From assembly GCA_951406725.2 (NCBI GenBank), contig OX597831.1, forward strand, positions 53,382,001 to 53,446,000: 64,000 nucleotides of DNA, written 5' to 3'. Position 1 is the first letter of the stretch, and the number at the start of each line of letters is the position of its first letter. The stretch is from Octopus vulgaris (taxonomy: Eukaryota). The notes under the pieces are model-generated. The model saw only the letters and a list, made by a program, of their open reading frames with translations, ran no database searches and was not told the origin of the DNA. The position numbers and the translations under genes are program-made. Below, in pieces: positions 40,729 through 54,353 of this stretch.

Positions 40729-43700
40729 TACACCGTACTTTTAAAAACCAAACCCACTGAAATTTAAAGGATAGTTTAATCACCCTGCCAGAATTAACTT
40801 TCACTAAACATGTAATTAAAACTTCCATATTATTTATAAGTTTTCATACAGCAGGTGTCCCTTGGTATTTTCTCCCTAGCTATTTACTTATAAATAGGTT
40901 GCTAAATATTCAGTTATTCCTCGAAGAACTTGTACATATATTAGTCCGGCCTATTGATTAACTGAAGAAACTGGAGGAGAATCAACGCTGTTATTCTGTC
41001 ATTCTACACTAGTAGAATTTAATCTTCTCCCATTCTGTTTTTTCCCCCAATTGCATTAATCTTTCTTTTTAGTACAAGACTTTTTTTTTTGTTTTTAATT
41101 TTTAATCTTCGTTTTCAAAGCAGTTATCGATCGACACAATACCATGACAGGAACACCTGCCATTTCATGGTGCCATCGATCACTCTCTCTCTCTTCCAGG
41201 AATAGTATATGTGTCTCTGCTCAGTTTTCTCTTACGCTGATTGCATTTGGGATATATTGATGTTTTTTTTTTATAGAGAACGAGATTTTTTATTTTCATG
41301 TCTTATTCTCCGAATTATCTGGCTTAAATGAAATAAATGAGAATGTGTGTGTGTGTGTGTGTATGCGCGCACACACACACGCACGCACAAACACACACAT
41401 GCTCTCTCACACACGCACGCACAATGCTCACACACACACCAGTTTATCAGTATATATTCTCGAAATCGATACAAGCCAATTTTCCATCATTATACTTAGT
41501 GTTCTTCATAGAGATGCCATTCCAAACGATATGATGTGACACAAGAGTAATGGTTGTCCTAAGGGAGAAGGCGTTGAGCAGCAGAGAAAGTACCATAGTT
41601 TGTAAAATTGAGTTTTAAAGAATTATATGGATGAAAAGTTTGTCTTAATAATTAAGAAGTGGTAGAGACAAAAAATTTTTTTTTACTATTTTATTTTGGG
41701 AAGACCTAGATTTTATTAATTTGAGGAACCCAAGGGTCGTTGACAATATTTGGGAATATTTCGAGGTTTTAAATTTAAATAATACAATTGACAGAAAAAT
41801 AAAGTCCGTATTAAAAAAAAAAAAGTGGAGAGAATGAGAGAGAAAAAAACGCCCATAAGACACAGCAGATTTTCTCCTCTCTCTACAGTTCAAGTATTTT
41901 ATATTTTCCTTTTCCGCTGGTCCTTTTTCTCTCAAGGGTTGTATAGTTATGCAAATTTACATGTTTAATGTAAGCATTGGGTAGTGTTTGTCTACTATCC
42001 CAGGTTGGCCCTGATCAAGCAGACCTATGCAATAGGTACATTTTTGCTTGGTACTTGTAAAAACGTTAAACGAAAAAAAAAACCCACCTTATCTCTTGGT
42101 CCTAGTTAATATATTTTCAGCTTAGATAATAGGTTCAAAACTTCACTGCATTGTTAAGAAAACAGAAAAGAAATTGAGATATTAATGTGATAAGGAAAAA
42201 AAAAAGTTTCAGATAAGACTCTTCTTTGAAGGATTCCCATTCTCAGCCCTGCCTTTTATGCATTAACTGTTTCTTCAAATACATCAGCATTTCTCCGTTT
42301 TTGTACTTCTTTTTATTTAACTGACTCTTTCTGATAATCACTTTGTCTTTTCAAACTCAAGCCATCACTTTTAATATCCTGATATGCCTCTGTGGCTTTA
42401 TACACTATTAAGGTACTGGAAGCCACTTGAAAAAAAAAAATACAACTATATGATTGAAAGATTGGCTATAGGATGGGATCTATATTTCATTGATGCATAA
42501 TGTAATAAATTACATGGGAGATTGTGTTAACCCAGTTAGATTATCATAGAAATAACTAGTGTACACAGAATGACAGCTGTGTTAAATTTAATGGTTACAA
42601 ACTCAGAGCTCTTTAACTATATCATAACACTTTTGGTTATTATTTTTCATAAATATAATATTCCATTATGTATTTGCATACTAATTGTTAATGCTATATT
42701 TATTATAAAATTATATTTAATGATGAATTTTATTTATATTTATGGGATTTGTAATTTATAAAACCATTAATGAAATAAGCATAAGCTAAGATCACTAAAA
42801 TTAAAAAGATCAAAGACTTTCTTTTTCTTTTTGTGAGAATAAAATCTGAAATACATGGAATCTAGTGTTGGTTTCTACTGGCAACAATTAGTCTACAGAG
42901 CATGTAGTTTGATAAGTACAATTAGTATGCTAATGTCCTTCCTTCATTCCTTACTCTCAGCTGAAGTTTCGCCTCTATCATTTGAGGTTATGACACTCTT
43001 CCAGAAACTCCCTTATATTGCACATTGTATGGGATAATATTGTAAATGTCATGAGAAATAAATATTGATAAATCACTAATTGCCTTATTACATAGCAGGG
43101 ATCAGGAGATGAGCTGGTAGAATTGTTAGCATATAATTCCATTCACATGCCAACATGAAAAAAACAGGTGTAAAATGAAAATGATGGCTATTATAGCATG
43201 TTACTGATAATTTAAAAGATTTTACAGTTATATTAGATGTTAAACGTTTCTTTTGTTAGGTAGCACTGACGTTTTACATAGGCTGAAGGTTAAAGAACTT
43301 TGATCGCTGGAAATGGGACACACTATCTAAATATGCATATTCATGCGAGTCAAGGGGGTGGAGAGAGAGAGCTTGACATGCTCAAAAATAACCAACTCTC
43401 CTTCAAGTCACACTCTTTCTTCTTGAAGAAAGATATTTTGGTCTGTCGTCAAGGTGTAGTGGTCTTGGCTGCAACACCTTTCAAATAGTTCTCAAACTGA
43501 CAAATATCAGCTAACTCCCTTCCTCCAGAAAATAGAGTAATTGTTTGGGTCCCGACCCAACTTTATTAATGTGAAGACAAAATATTTTACATCTGTACAA
43601 TTATTTTTTTCTTTCCCCAATATAGTGATGGACTAAAATCAAGACTACCTTGATTTTAGTAAAAATGTCAATTTGCCTGTTCCCTTTTCAATCCTCACAG

Positions 43701-45147
43701 CCCCTCCTTCAGGAGGGCATGTCCTTGTGAGAAATACGGTTTTAAATAACAGCAAACCTCAGGCTAAACAATAGTAAATTCTAAATATGAGCTCCATATA
43801 GAATTAAAACTTTAAATGGGTGTGAAACATATGCAAGATAACTTCCCAAACATAATTGTTTATGTGAAGCTAATTAACAGTAATTCAAGTAATTATACAG
43901 ATATAATTCATTGAGTAAAATTTGCTTTTACTCAAATAGTTATTTTTTAAACTGTACCCTGAATTATTTCGAAATCAATCAGCATGCTGTGTAGTTGTCA
44001 GTCCTCACTCGCCTCTGGAATTTTGAAACTTAGCAATGAATTGGGGAAAGTTAGGGCCCTGAAATAGTTTCCCATATAAATGCTTTATTTGCGCAGTATG
44101 TTTGATCGCCCCATTCTATGTAGTAACACTTCAGTTTTTTTTTTCTGTCACAGATTGTTTCAAAGGCTATAATTCCCACGAGTCTTCTGCAACCGTTCCC
44201 ATTCCTTGCCCCCATATCCTAGTTTTGTTTCAGATAGAGCTAAATTCCTGTTATCTTTCAATTTATCTCATTCTTTTACATGTTCAGAAGCAGAAGCATG
44301 AAGAGCGTTGATGGGGTGCTTGAGAAGACAGTGGTTGATAGGGGAGTAGAAGTATGAAATAATAAGGATAATAATAATAATAATCCCATATTTAACGATG
44401 TGGGGTGAAAAGTACAGTTAAAATGAGTGATGTGGGTAAAGGAAGAAGTCCTCATTGGGGTGAGAAAATTTTTTCTTAGCTGGTTAACTCTTGCTGATTG
44501 AAAATGCTTCTCCCCTGTCTCATACTTATATACATAGCATTATTTTTGGAATCTTATTATATTTGCGAGTTAGCAAGACACAAATATAAAATGTGTTTGT
44601 CTTAGCAAGGACTGCTGCAGATGTTTTATCCTGGGTCATCTTTGATGAAAGGTATTCCAACAGTGACCATCCCGTCTTTTTACAGGTATATAAGGCTATA
44701 TTATCCACTGTATCCCGTTTTTTTTTTTTATATGGTAGGATGTTATTTGAGGGAGATTTGGTTGCCATTTTTTGTTAGTTGAGCAAACCTGTTTGTACAT
44801 TGGCAAAGAAACAAGTATATCTAAAATATGTGTGTGTTGGCAAAGTCAAGGGTAGATCTGAAAATGAGAAGTAAACATTTGTTTTAAAAATAAATTGTAA
44901 GCTCTTAGAAGCATGCAGCTGTTCTTGTTTGATGGGATGTACATTGAGAGAAAAGATTTATATCTTACAAGAAAAGTAGTCTCATCTAAGAAATGGAAAT
45001 TCTTTTCTATCAAAATGTTTTAAAACTCATCTTTTTCTAATTCATTGCTTATAAAACTTTGTTCACTGTGTCAGAGAAAGGTTGGCTGGGAAACAAAAGC
45101 AGTAGAAGGCTGAATTTTGAGGGGGATTGGTTTGGCAAAGGGTTTAA

Positions 45148-45369
45148 CCCTCTAGCATTCAGACCAGCCATATCAGGCCCAAATATTCTGCCTTTTTTTA
45201 TGTTCAGACCTAAACAGATCAGGCCTTTCACAACTACCCTGCAGTGTCATTCTAAAAGTAAGCAATCACATCCTTGAAATCTGAAAGCAATGAGATAATG
45301 CATGATTAATTCAAAGTAATTTGAATGAATAAGCATTACATGTACTGGAGTAATCTGAATGCTAAAGGC
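45148..45369. mobile_element. piggyBac-type MITE, family B
   Basis: TTAA-CCCTCTAGCATTCAGA ... TCTGAATGCTAAAGGC. Partial copies at about 17663-17801, 20950-21095, 47361-47506 and 55696-55760. Confidence 0.8.
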
Positions 45370-48300
45370 TGAGGGATGAGTGTCTCAAGTAGGGACCTGT
45401 CTGGGGAGAGCTGGCCAGCCTATTGTGGCACAGTACCCTCTTTCACTAAGTGGTAATTAACAAATTTCTCCTTTCCATACTTGTTAAAAAGTCCAGATTG
45501 TTTTAATCAAAAAATTACTGACGGCGAAAATTTGATATTTAGATGAAAGCTGCCTTGTGTGTGTCTAATTGTTCTGCCCCCCCTCCACTACTTGACAAAC
45601 AGATTTGGTGTGTTTATATTTCTGTAACTTTGTGGATCAACAAAGAAGACCAATAGAATAAGTACCAGGATTAAAAAAGCTAACTGAAATAAGATAAAAA
45701 AACAAATTCATATTATTAGTACATTTAAATAACAAACAAAAAATTTAGAACAAGAAACATTACAATGTAAATTTCAAATAAAATACTGATCACTTTGTTA
45801 CTGCTGTTCACAAATCATCCATATATGTTGGTATTTGATTATAATAAAAAGCAAATGTAAATAAATAATTTTTTAAGTGGCGGAAGTTGAAGTTGACAAA
45901 TGTAAATAATATTGTGTAGAATATTGTTAAAAAAAACCCCCTTGAATGGAATACTTTGATTAGATGGCTCTGTAGAATTCTTGGCTATTGGTCTGTTGAT
46001 TCAATGGGCAGGTAATCCAGTTGATCAAAGATCATTGACACTTGGAGACCCATTGTATATATGTAGAAGATTGTTACAAAGGAACAGATTGTGAAATCTG
46101 GCATTTGGAGCAAATTTAAGCCTTTTTTGTTTTGTTTTAGTGTAGGGAGGGACTAGACTTGTTTTCTTATGATAAGTATAGTATTTGTGTCTTGATACTG
46201 TTGAAAGAGATTATGTAACCAATAAAGGATGTTTTTAGGGTCTTCTTTAAACATGGAATTAGGGTATTTCTGATATGATAGATAAAGGTTGTTTGTGGAT
46301 GATACTTTTGTGTGTGGAATGTTGAGATGTAAGGATGGCTTCATTTGCATAAAAGTCTTAAGTAATAATAAAGTATTATAATAATGTTTCGTCGTTAATA
46401 TAGAGAAGGTAGTAAGGTGGTGAACTGGAAGAAACGGTGTGTTGGGCAAAATGCTAAATGACATTTTGTCTGTCTTTACATTCTGAGTTCAAATTCCATT
46501 GAGGTCAACTTTGCCTTTCATCCTTTTTGGGTTGTTAAAATAAGTACTAGGAGTTGACATAACTGACTTACCCCCTCCCCCCAAATTGCTGACCTTGTGC
46601 CAAGATTTGAAACCAGTATAGAGAAGGAAGTGTGTGGGGAAACATTACAAAGCCTTAGAGTACATCAGAAGTTGATAAAATGTGTGTGAAAGAGAGAGGG
46701 AGGTGGGGAGAGAGACCCAGCAATGCACTCTGTACTGATTAGAAAGGAAACTTTCAATCCTAAAGAGAAAATGGGATTAGGATGGAGCTCAGCGGAGATT
46801 GACTTCGTGCATTTGCAGGCGTTCTTTCTGTGTTACTATAGAAATTTGCCACTCTTATTCCAATCAGTGCTTGAAAACCTGATTACTGTTGCTAAATGTA
46901 TGTTCAGTCTGTATATTTATTTGAAGGACTTATTCAAGAGAAGTGCTCACTCAGTTGAGTGTTTTTCTATTTGCCAGCTGGTCAAACAATGTAGCAAATA
47001 AATTTTACATTTGATACTAAAAACAATTCTGAATTGTTTATATATTTTTTTTTTGATAGGCACAGGTATAACTGTTTCATTAAGAAACCTGCTTTGCAAT
47101 CAAACCAGTTTCAAGTTCAGTCCCATTGCATGGCACCTTAGGCAGGTGCATTCCACTATATCCCTGGGTTGACCAATGCCTTTTGAGCGATAAATGGAAA
47201 CTGTTGAATCCTGTTGTATTCATGTGTGTGTGTCTGTTTCTCCATTTGTATTACTCGACAACTGGTGTTGGTTTGTTTACATTTTGCAGCTTAGCAAAAG
47301 AGACCAATAAAGTAAATACCAGACTTAAATGGAAATAAGTATTGGGATTGATTGCTTTGATTAACCCTTTAGAATTTAAACCACCCATATCCAACCCAAA
47401 TATTTTACTTGTTTTATGTTCAAACTGGTGAGATCTGGCCTCTCACACTTTCCCTACAATGTCATTATAAAAAGAAACAATCATGTCATTGAAATCTTGA
47501 AGCTACTGTTTCAAGCACTTTGCGCAACCATATCAGGAATTAGTAGGTTCTTGTTGTGAAGGATTCATCTTCATCATCATTGTCATTTAACACATGTTTT
47601 CTGTTGGCATGGGTTGGGCAGTTTGACAGGAGCTGGTCAGCCAGTGAGATGTCCAGTCCTCAGTTGTCTGTGTTGGCATGGTTTCTACAGCTGGATACCC
47701 TTCCTAACACCAACCACTTTACAGTGTGTGCTGGGTACTTTTTATGTGCTACCGGCACAGACACACTTACATGACACCAGCACCTGCAAAACAAAGACCT
47801 TTCAGCTGGGATAGGGAGTGGGGGGCATGGCCATAAAAAAACATGCCTGTTTGTATGGATGGTCACGATTTTACTTAGCTTGATGTGTCTTGGAGCGTTG
47901 TTGTAATTCTGTACTGAAGACAATTGTATAAACAAATTTCTTCAAAAACTACAAACGTACAAATATACAAATAAAATGCTATGATGCTTGTGCTTATTTT
48001 AAAAGTCTGATCTTTACATTTTCTTCAGATTACTAGCCTTGACATTATTAGACATTTAAATTTTGTTTCTCACAAATGAGATAACATTTTCCAGAAGAGA
48101 AGAAAAAGGAAAAAAATTTTTTTTAATTCAAGAAAATATTTTGAAGCTTAATATATTTGTTTCTACTTTTATGCATATTAAACAGAAAAATAAGAAAAGC
48201 AATCTTTAAATCTTAATAGACGCTGACCCAAATTGACATCCATTTTCCCTGCATTCTGATATTTTTTGGGAAAAGCTGTTATCATAATATATGTTTATTC

Positions 48301-49322
48301 TTGCCTGTTTTAAAAGGGTTTATGCTACTTAATAAATTAATGTCAGTTTTTGGTCTATATTTCTAGTATTCCAAGCAGCCATTGGATGAAAATGCTTGAC
48401 GCTATTTATTTCAGCTTATGTTCTGATTTCAAATTCTGCCAAAGTCAACCATACCTTTTTGTTCTTTTGGGTTTACTAAATAATGTACCAGTCTGGAGCA
48501 GTAAATTGGTGGAGTTATTAAAGCATCAGCCTTGCAGTAATTTGTTTTGGCTCTTCATGCTCTAAGATCAAATCCTACCATAGCCTACTTTCGTGGCAAA
48601 CTTAATCTGTTATCCACTTTAACACCACTACCTGGTCCTTGGTTGTTGAACATAACAGAATTTTTTGCTTTCTTATCAAGGCTTGTTACCAGTTCAATTA
48701 GCTTTACTCTACACAAAGCGTGTAATTTGGTTTTGTTTGGCTCTGTGTGGCATCTTGGGTAAGTGTTCTACTACAGCTCTGGACTAACCAAATCTTGTAA
48801 GTGGATTTAGTAAATGGAAATTGCAAGAGGCCTCTGAGTGTATGTTAGTCTCCTTGTCTTGACATAATATGGTAGTGTTAAGCAAGTTTCTCTGTCATGC
48901 AAGCAGTGTCCTTTGTTGCCAATCTTCCATGAAAACATGACTAGTCATGGGGAAATACTACTTCACTTTGGAAACAGGTGAGGGTTGGTAATGGCATAAG
49001 CATCCAGCTATAGAAAATCCATCTCAACAAATTTCATCTGACCCATGCAAGCAGGAAAAAGTAGACATTAAAATGATGTATCAATTTTTGTGGTTGAGGC
49101 CATAAATACCAAGTTCTCTGTGGATAACTGAAGGCAATACAGTGTTAAACCAGACAGGAACTGGATTGTCGACTTCTTTCAGGATCCACCCTCTCATCAT
49201 TTATAGGTGTTCTATCATCCAATATATTTTGAATTGTGAAATTGCTATAGTTTCAACCAAAGCTGAAAGTATTTGTTTTTCGAATACCTGTTTCTGTGAT
49301 GTGGAGAGCCAGAAGCCTTTAA

Positions 49323-49522
49323 CTCTCTAGCATTCAGATTTCTCTCTCGAACATAATGCTTATTTATTCTTATTGTCTTGTAGCATCAAGACTTCAATGA
49401 TATGATTGTTTATCTCTTATAATGACACTTTAGGGCAGATGTGAAAGGCTAGATGTGGCTGTCCTGACCATAAAACAGGTAGAATATTTGGGCTAGGTAT
49501 AGCAGGTTTAAATGCTAAAGGG
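49323..49522. mobile_element. piggyBac-type MITE, family B, opposite orientation
   Basis: TTAA-CTCTCTAGCATTCAGA ... AATGCTAAAGGG-TTAA. Interior is the reverse complement of the 45148 copy. Confidence 0.8.
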
Positions 49523-52309
49523 TTAAAATATGCAAGAATCTGGGACTGAATGGTAAAGAAACAAAGCTACAATAATGCTACAAGGCTGGGAATGGTAGTG
49601 ACAGTCTGGTGACATTTATGTATCATTCAGATTCCTTTCATTTTGTCTTTCTGTTCTCATATTCTATTGTCTGACTGAACCAGTCTGATAAATCAATACT
49701 TGTGTGTGTTTGGTGGTGGTAGTTGTGACAGAGAATACATAATGTTGAGCTTATGTGGAAGCTTTTGTGTTCAGCCCACTAGAAATAGCAACCAAATTCT
49801 CCCTCAGATCTTATTCTATTTTGAAAAGCAAATGGCTTTTTGTATAATGTAGCACATCATATAATTCTTTCTTTTAGATGTGGAATGGTTATGGCTTGAA
49901 CACAGTTGGTCAGAGCTAAGCAACACCTAGATATCATCAATTGGTTTTAGAGCTGCATTTTTTTTTCTTTCTTATGAATTTGTGAAGTCATCATCATCAT
50001 TTAACATCAGTTTTCAATGCTGGCTTGGGCTGGACTGCTTGGCAGGAGCTGGCTAGTCAGAGGACTGCATCAAGCTCCACTGTTTTGGCATGGTTTTTAT
50101 GACTGGATGCCCTTCCTAATGCCAACCACTTTACAAATTCGACTAGGTGCTAGCTCTAGTGAGGTCTGTTTTGGCATGGGTTTTATGGTTGGATGCACTT
50201 CCTAATGCCAACCACTTTACAGAGTGGGTTGGGTGCTTTTTACATGGCACCGACACTAGCGAGATCTGCTTTGGTATGATTTTATGTTAAAAAATGACCA
50301 GCGTGCTGGGCTTGAGACATTTCCAGTTGAATTTGTGACGGCCAATGTAAAAAAATTATTTACTAAAATTTAACATTGGGACATCATTAAAGATTTAAAA
50401 TTTTCATTTAGTGACTCAAGAGAGTTGTATTTTTTTTCTTTTACTTTTTGTTAAAGTTCTACCTTGAAGGATTTAGGTGAACAAATTGATCCTAGCATTT
50501 ATATTTTAAGCCTGGTACTTATACTATTGGTCATGTTTGCCAAACTACTAAGCTATAGGGATGTAAACAAACCCATACCAGTTTTCAAGTGGTGGGGAGA
50601 GGGCAAAGACACATACTTACATGAGTGTGTGTGTGTGTGTGTGTATATATACATGACAAGCATCTCCTGGTTGGTGCAGGCCTATAATAGAAGATATTTG
50701 TCCAAGACGCTGGGCAATGAGGCTGAACCCAAAACCATGTAGTTGCAAAAGCAAGCTTCTTAAGCACACAGCCATGATCCCTTCTCGAAGATCTGTGCAA
50801 AATAGCAAAGCGCAACAATTATACAGTGCATTCTAATAAAACCTTGCAATTATGCAACATCTCCCCACCCCACTGGGTTGCTCATTCCCTCATTTCTCCT
50901 TCCTACAATACCCCTTTACAGTTTAATGGGATTGTGAATTAGACTATCTCATAAAAGCACAGCACAGCTTAAATTGATTGCATTCTACAGAGACCAATTA
51001 TATTTGGCTCCAAAAGCTGATGCTGTATCAGTTTAGGTGTGACACTAATGTTTAATATATCTTATTAATCATTTTTGAGTTTTACGGAAGCATGTGTCAT
51101 CGTTTGACTGTGGATATGGAATGGTACCAATAATCAGGTTGCAGTGATCTTAGCTCTTATCTCTCTATGCAAGTGCTTTCATTCCATTAGGAAACTGTAT
51201 TAGGTTTGCAGTCAGTAAAAGACTGCAAAGTAATCTTTCTTCACTTCTGTCTCTGTACAAACAAGTGTCTCCATTAGATTATGTGACCCCCCCCACTTCT
51301 CATCTTTTATGTGTTTATGAAAAATGATAAAAAAGAACTATAAAGATCTATAAAAAAAAAAGTCTTTTGCTGTCTAGTGATGGTATTTCAAGAGCTTATT
51401 TGTTCTGTTTTTAATAGTACCTGCAGCAGTGAAAGTGGGGGGCTGCTGTCTTGTTTTATAACCGTTTGACACTTGAGCTTAAAAAAAAAAAATCCTGTCT
51501 TCTTCAATATGTGGTGGAGGGGATAAGGCAGATTAAAAGAGAACAAGACTATTCTTTTACACTTGACCTACAACTAGCTTTCTTCAGATTTCTCTTTTCC
51601 CCACCTCCCTGGTTTCAAGTTCTCATTCTAACATGTGCCATTTTAATTTTTTTAGATTGTTATACTTATTCCATACATGGGCCAATAAGGAAGCCTTTAT
51701 TAGTCTCTATCTGTGCCAGAATTAGCAGCTAAATCACCTTCCTCATATCCTATTATCCTTTAATAAAAAAAAATATATATATCACAATATAGTCCTAGAT
51801 ATAATGATATACTATGTTTGAAAAAATGGTGAAGTATGGTCATGGTTGAAATGCCTTTTGATCATAGGTCTTCCTGTAGAACAACTTGGTGTTAAAGAAC
51901 CCAATTCTTTTAAATCAATCAATATTTTAAATTCACTTCTCAGTTCAGTTATATCAAAGTAGATGCAGAAGAGTGACATGGTTTAACAAACAGTGGTGCC
52001 CCTGCATGACTGCAGCTTCTGAGCTGAAACACAATAGAATTATTATTGGTGGTAGTGAGAGGAGTCTTCTTTAGCCTCAGGCTGACCAAAGCTTTGTGAG
52101 TGGATTTAACACATGGAAACCGAAAGAAACCTGTTGTAGACATCATGTGATAGTTGTAAATGAGCATCATTGTTATATAAGTGAGGTTATTTATTTCGAG
52201 TCTTCCATGAAAAGCATACCTGGCCATGGGGAAATAATTCCTTGTTTGGAAATTAGTGAAGCTTAGCCTGTAGATTTCCGTCTAACTTGGGCAAGTATGG
52301 ACACCCACA

Positions 52310-52680
52310 TATATTTGTGTTGTAAGAAACTTGCTATGCAACCACATGGTTTTGGGTTCAGACCCACTGCGTGGAACCTTGGGCAAGTGTCTTCTACTGT
52401 AGCCTTGCATTGACCAAAGCTTTGCGAGTATATTTGGTTGCCACAAACTGAAAGGAACCCATCATATATAATGTGTGTGTGTGTGTTTGTACTCCACCAT
52501 TGCTTGATAATTGGTGTTGGTTTGTTTACATCCCCATAACTTAGTGATTCAGTCAAAGGGACTGGTAGAATAAGTACTAGGCTTAAAAAATAAGTCCTGG
52601 GGTTGATTTCTTTGACTAAAATCCTTCAAGGCAGTGCCCCAGCATGGCCATAGTCAAATGACTGAAACAAGTAAAATATA
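52310..52680 (+). mobile_element. OR-like SINE
   Basis: Same head (GGTTCAGACCC, ACCTTGGGCAAGTGTC) and same tail (GTCAAATGACTGAAACAAGTAAAA) as the 60128 copy. Confidence 0.75.
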
Positions 52681-53350
52681 AAAGATAATACAATAAACTG
52701 TACATTTTTTTTTTTTTTTAATGTTCTAAAATGCTGGTGTAACTAAAAGTAAATATTACAAGTGATTAACAATGTAAAAAGTGATGTCGGATTTCTAGAT
52801 TTATGAGACATGAAGATTTAACAAGTGCCCTTAAACAATGTCATAAATTGGAATTGTTGTTTATGTGTGATATTAAATTTTAGCAATAAAATCTGGTTTA
52901 TAAAACTGGTATGTAAATGTTTTTTTTTTCTTTTATTATATTAATGAACCAAGACAGCAAGGTGGCGGTCATTAAACATGCTGAACCATATGCTTAGTGT
53001 CATTTTGTATGGCTTTATGTTCTGAGTTTGAATTCCACTGAGGTCAACTTTGCTTTTTCTCCTCTTGGTGTTGATAAATTAAGTACCAGTTGAGTACAGG
53101 AGTCAATGTAACTGACTTGCCCCTCTCCACATATCTAATTCATTTTTCTTTTGTATTGTCATTTGACTGTGGCCATGCTGGAGCACCATCTTTAATCAAA
53201 CAAATCGACCCCATGACTTATTCTTTGTAAGCCTAATACTTATTCTATGGGTCTGTTTTGCGGAACCACCAAGTTACAGGGACGTAAACACACCAACATC
53301 GATTGTCAAGTGATAAGAGACAGACAAATACATACATATATGTGTGTGTT

Positions 53351-53397
<47 letters not shown>

Positions 53398-53616
53398 TGG
53401 GCTTTTCAGTGTCTGTTTACCAAATCCATTCACAAGGCTTTGGTTGGCCTGAGGCTATAGTAGCTGGAGCACAACCTTTAGTTGAACAAATCAACCCCAG
53501 TACTTATTCTTTGTAAACTTATTTATTCTATTGATCTCTTTTGCTGAACCGCTAAGTTATGGGGATGTAAACACACCAACATTGGTTGTCAAGCAATGGT
53601 GGGGGGTGCACACAAA

Positions 53617-54353
53617 TCTACTACATATGTGGGAAATTCTGTCTATGGGTGTGTTTGTGGAGTTGTTAGCTAACTCCTACATCATTTTATCGATTTTGAT
53701 GAAACTTGACATGAGTGTAGAACTCATTACTGGAAACCTCATGGCATAATCAAATTGTTGAAAAAATTGATAATAGAGCTCCTGGAAAAGATCATTATAT
53801 ATATGTAATATATTTCATTTTAACAACCAAGGGAAATAACCCATTCATTTTCCTAAATCATTTGGTATAAATCAAATTGAATATGCTTATTTCTTAGTAT
53901 TCATGAATATATCAATACTAGCACCGCTGAGGGTAATATTCTCTGGGAACACACAAAAGCCCTTTTCAGAGTTATTTAATTTGAGTTGTTGCGACATTAT
54001 ATCTGATTAGCCTGTTATTATGCAACATGCTTCACAATTTTATTATACATACCTTATTAGTATTTCCTCCTAGGTTCTATATACTCTGGGAACACAAAGC
54101 CCATTTTGGGGCTACTTTATTTGAATCCTTACTATCGGGTAACTAATTTCATGTTATTACAAAACTGACTTCACAGTTTGGGAATTCCTAAAAATAAGAT
54201 CCTGTGTAAGACAGTTCGGTTTTCTCTGTAAATGCACAAAAACCGTTTTAAGGGCTACATACTTTCTATTGTTATTGAATTGTCGGAATAATTATGAGAA
54301 CGAAACCAAGGAATAAACTCCACTTTCCCAGGAATTACTGGTACATCAGCTAG
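53617..54353 (+). mobile_element. Non-autonomous Helitron nested in a SINE
   Basis: Starts A|TC and ends CTAG|T, with subterminal hairpin CCAG-GAATTA-CTGG (54328-54341) and no TSD. The two flanks rejoin into one SINE. Confidence 0.75.

Noticed and set aside
46153-46464. 103-aa minus-strand ORF, possible L2/CR1 C-terminal relic
   Set aside because: Too degenerate to support, and partly overlaps a SINE.
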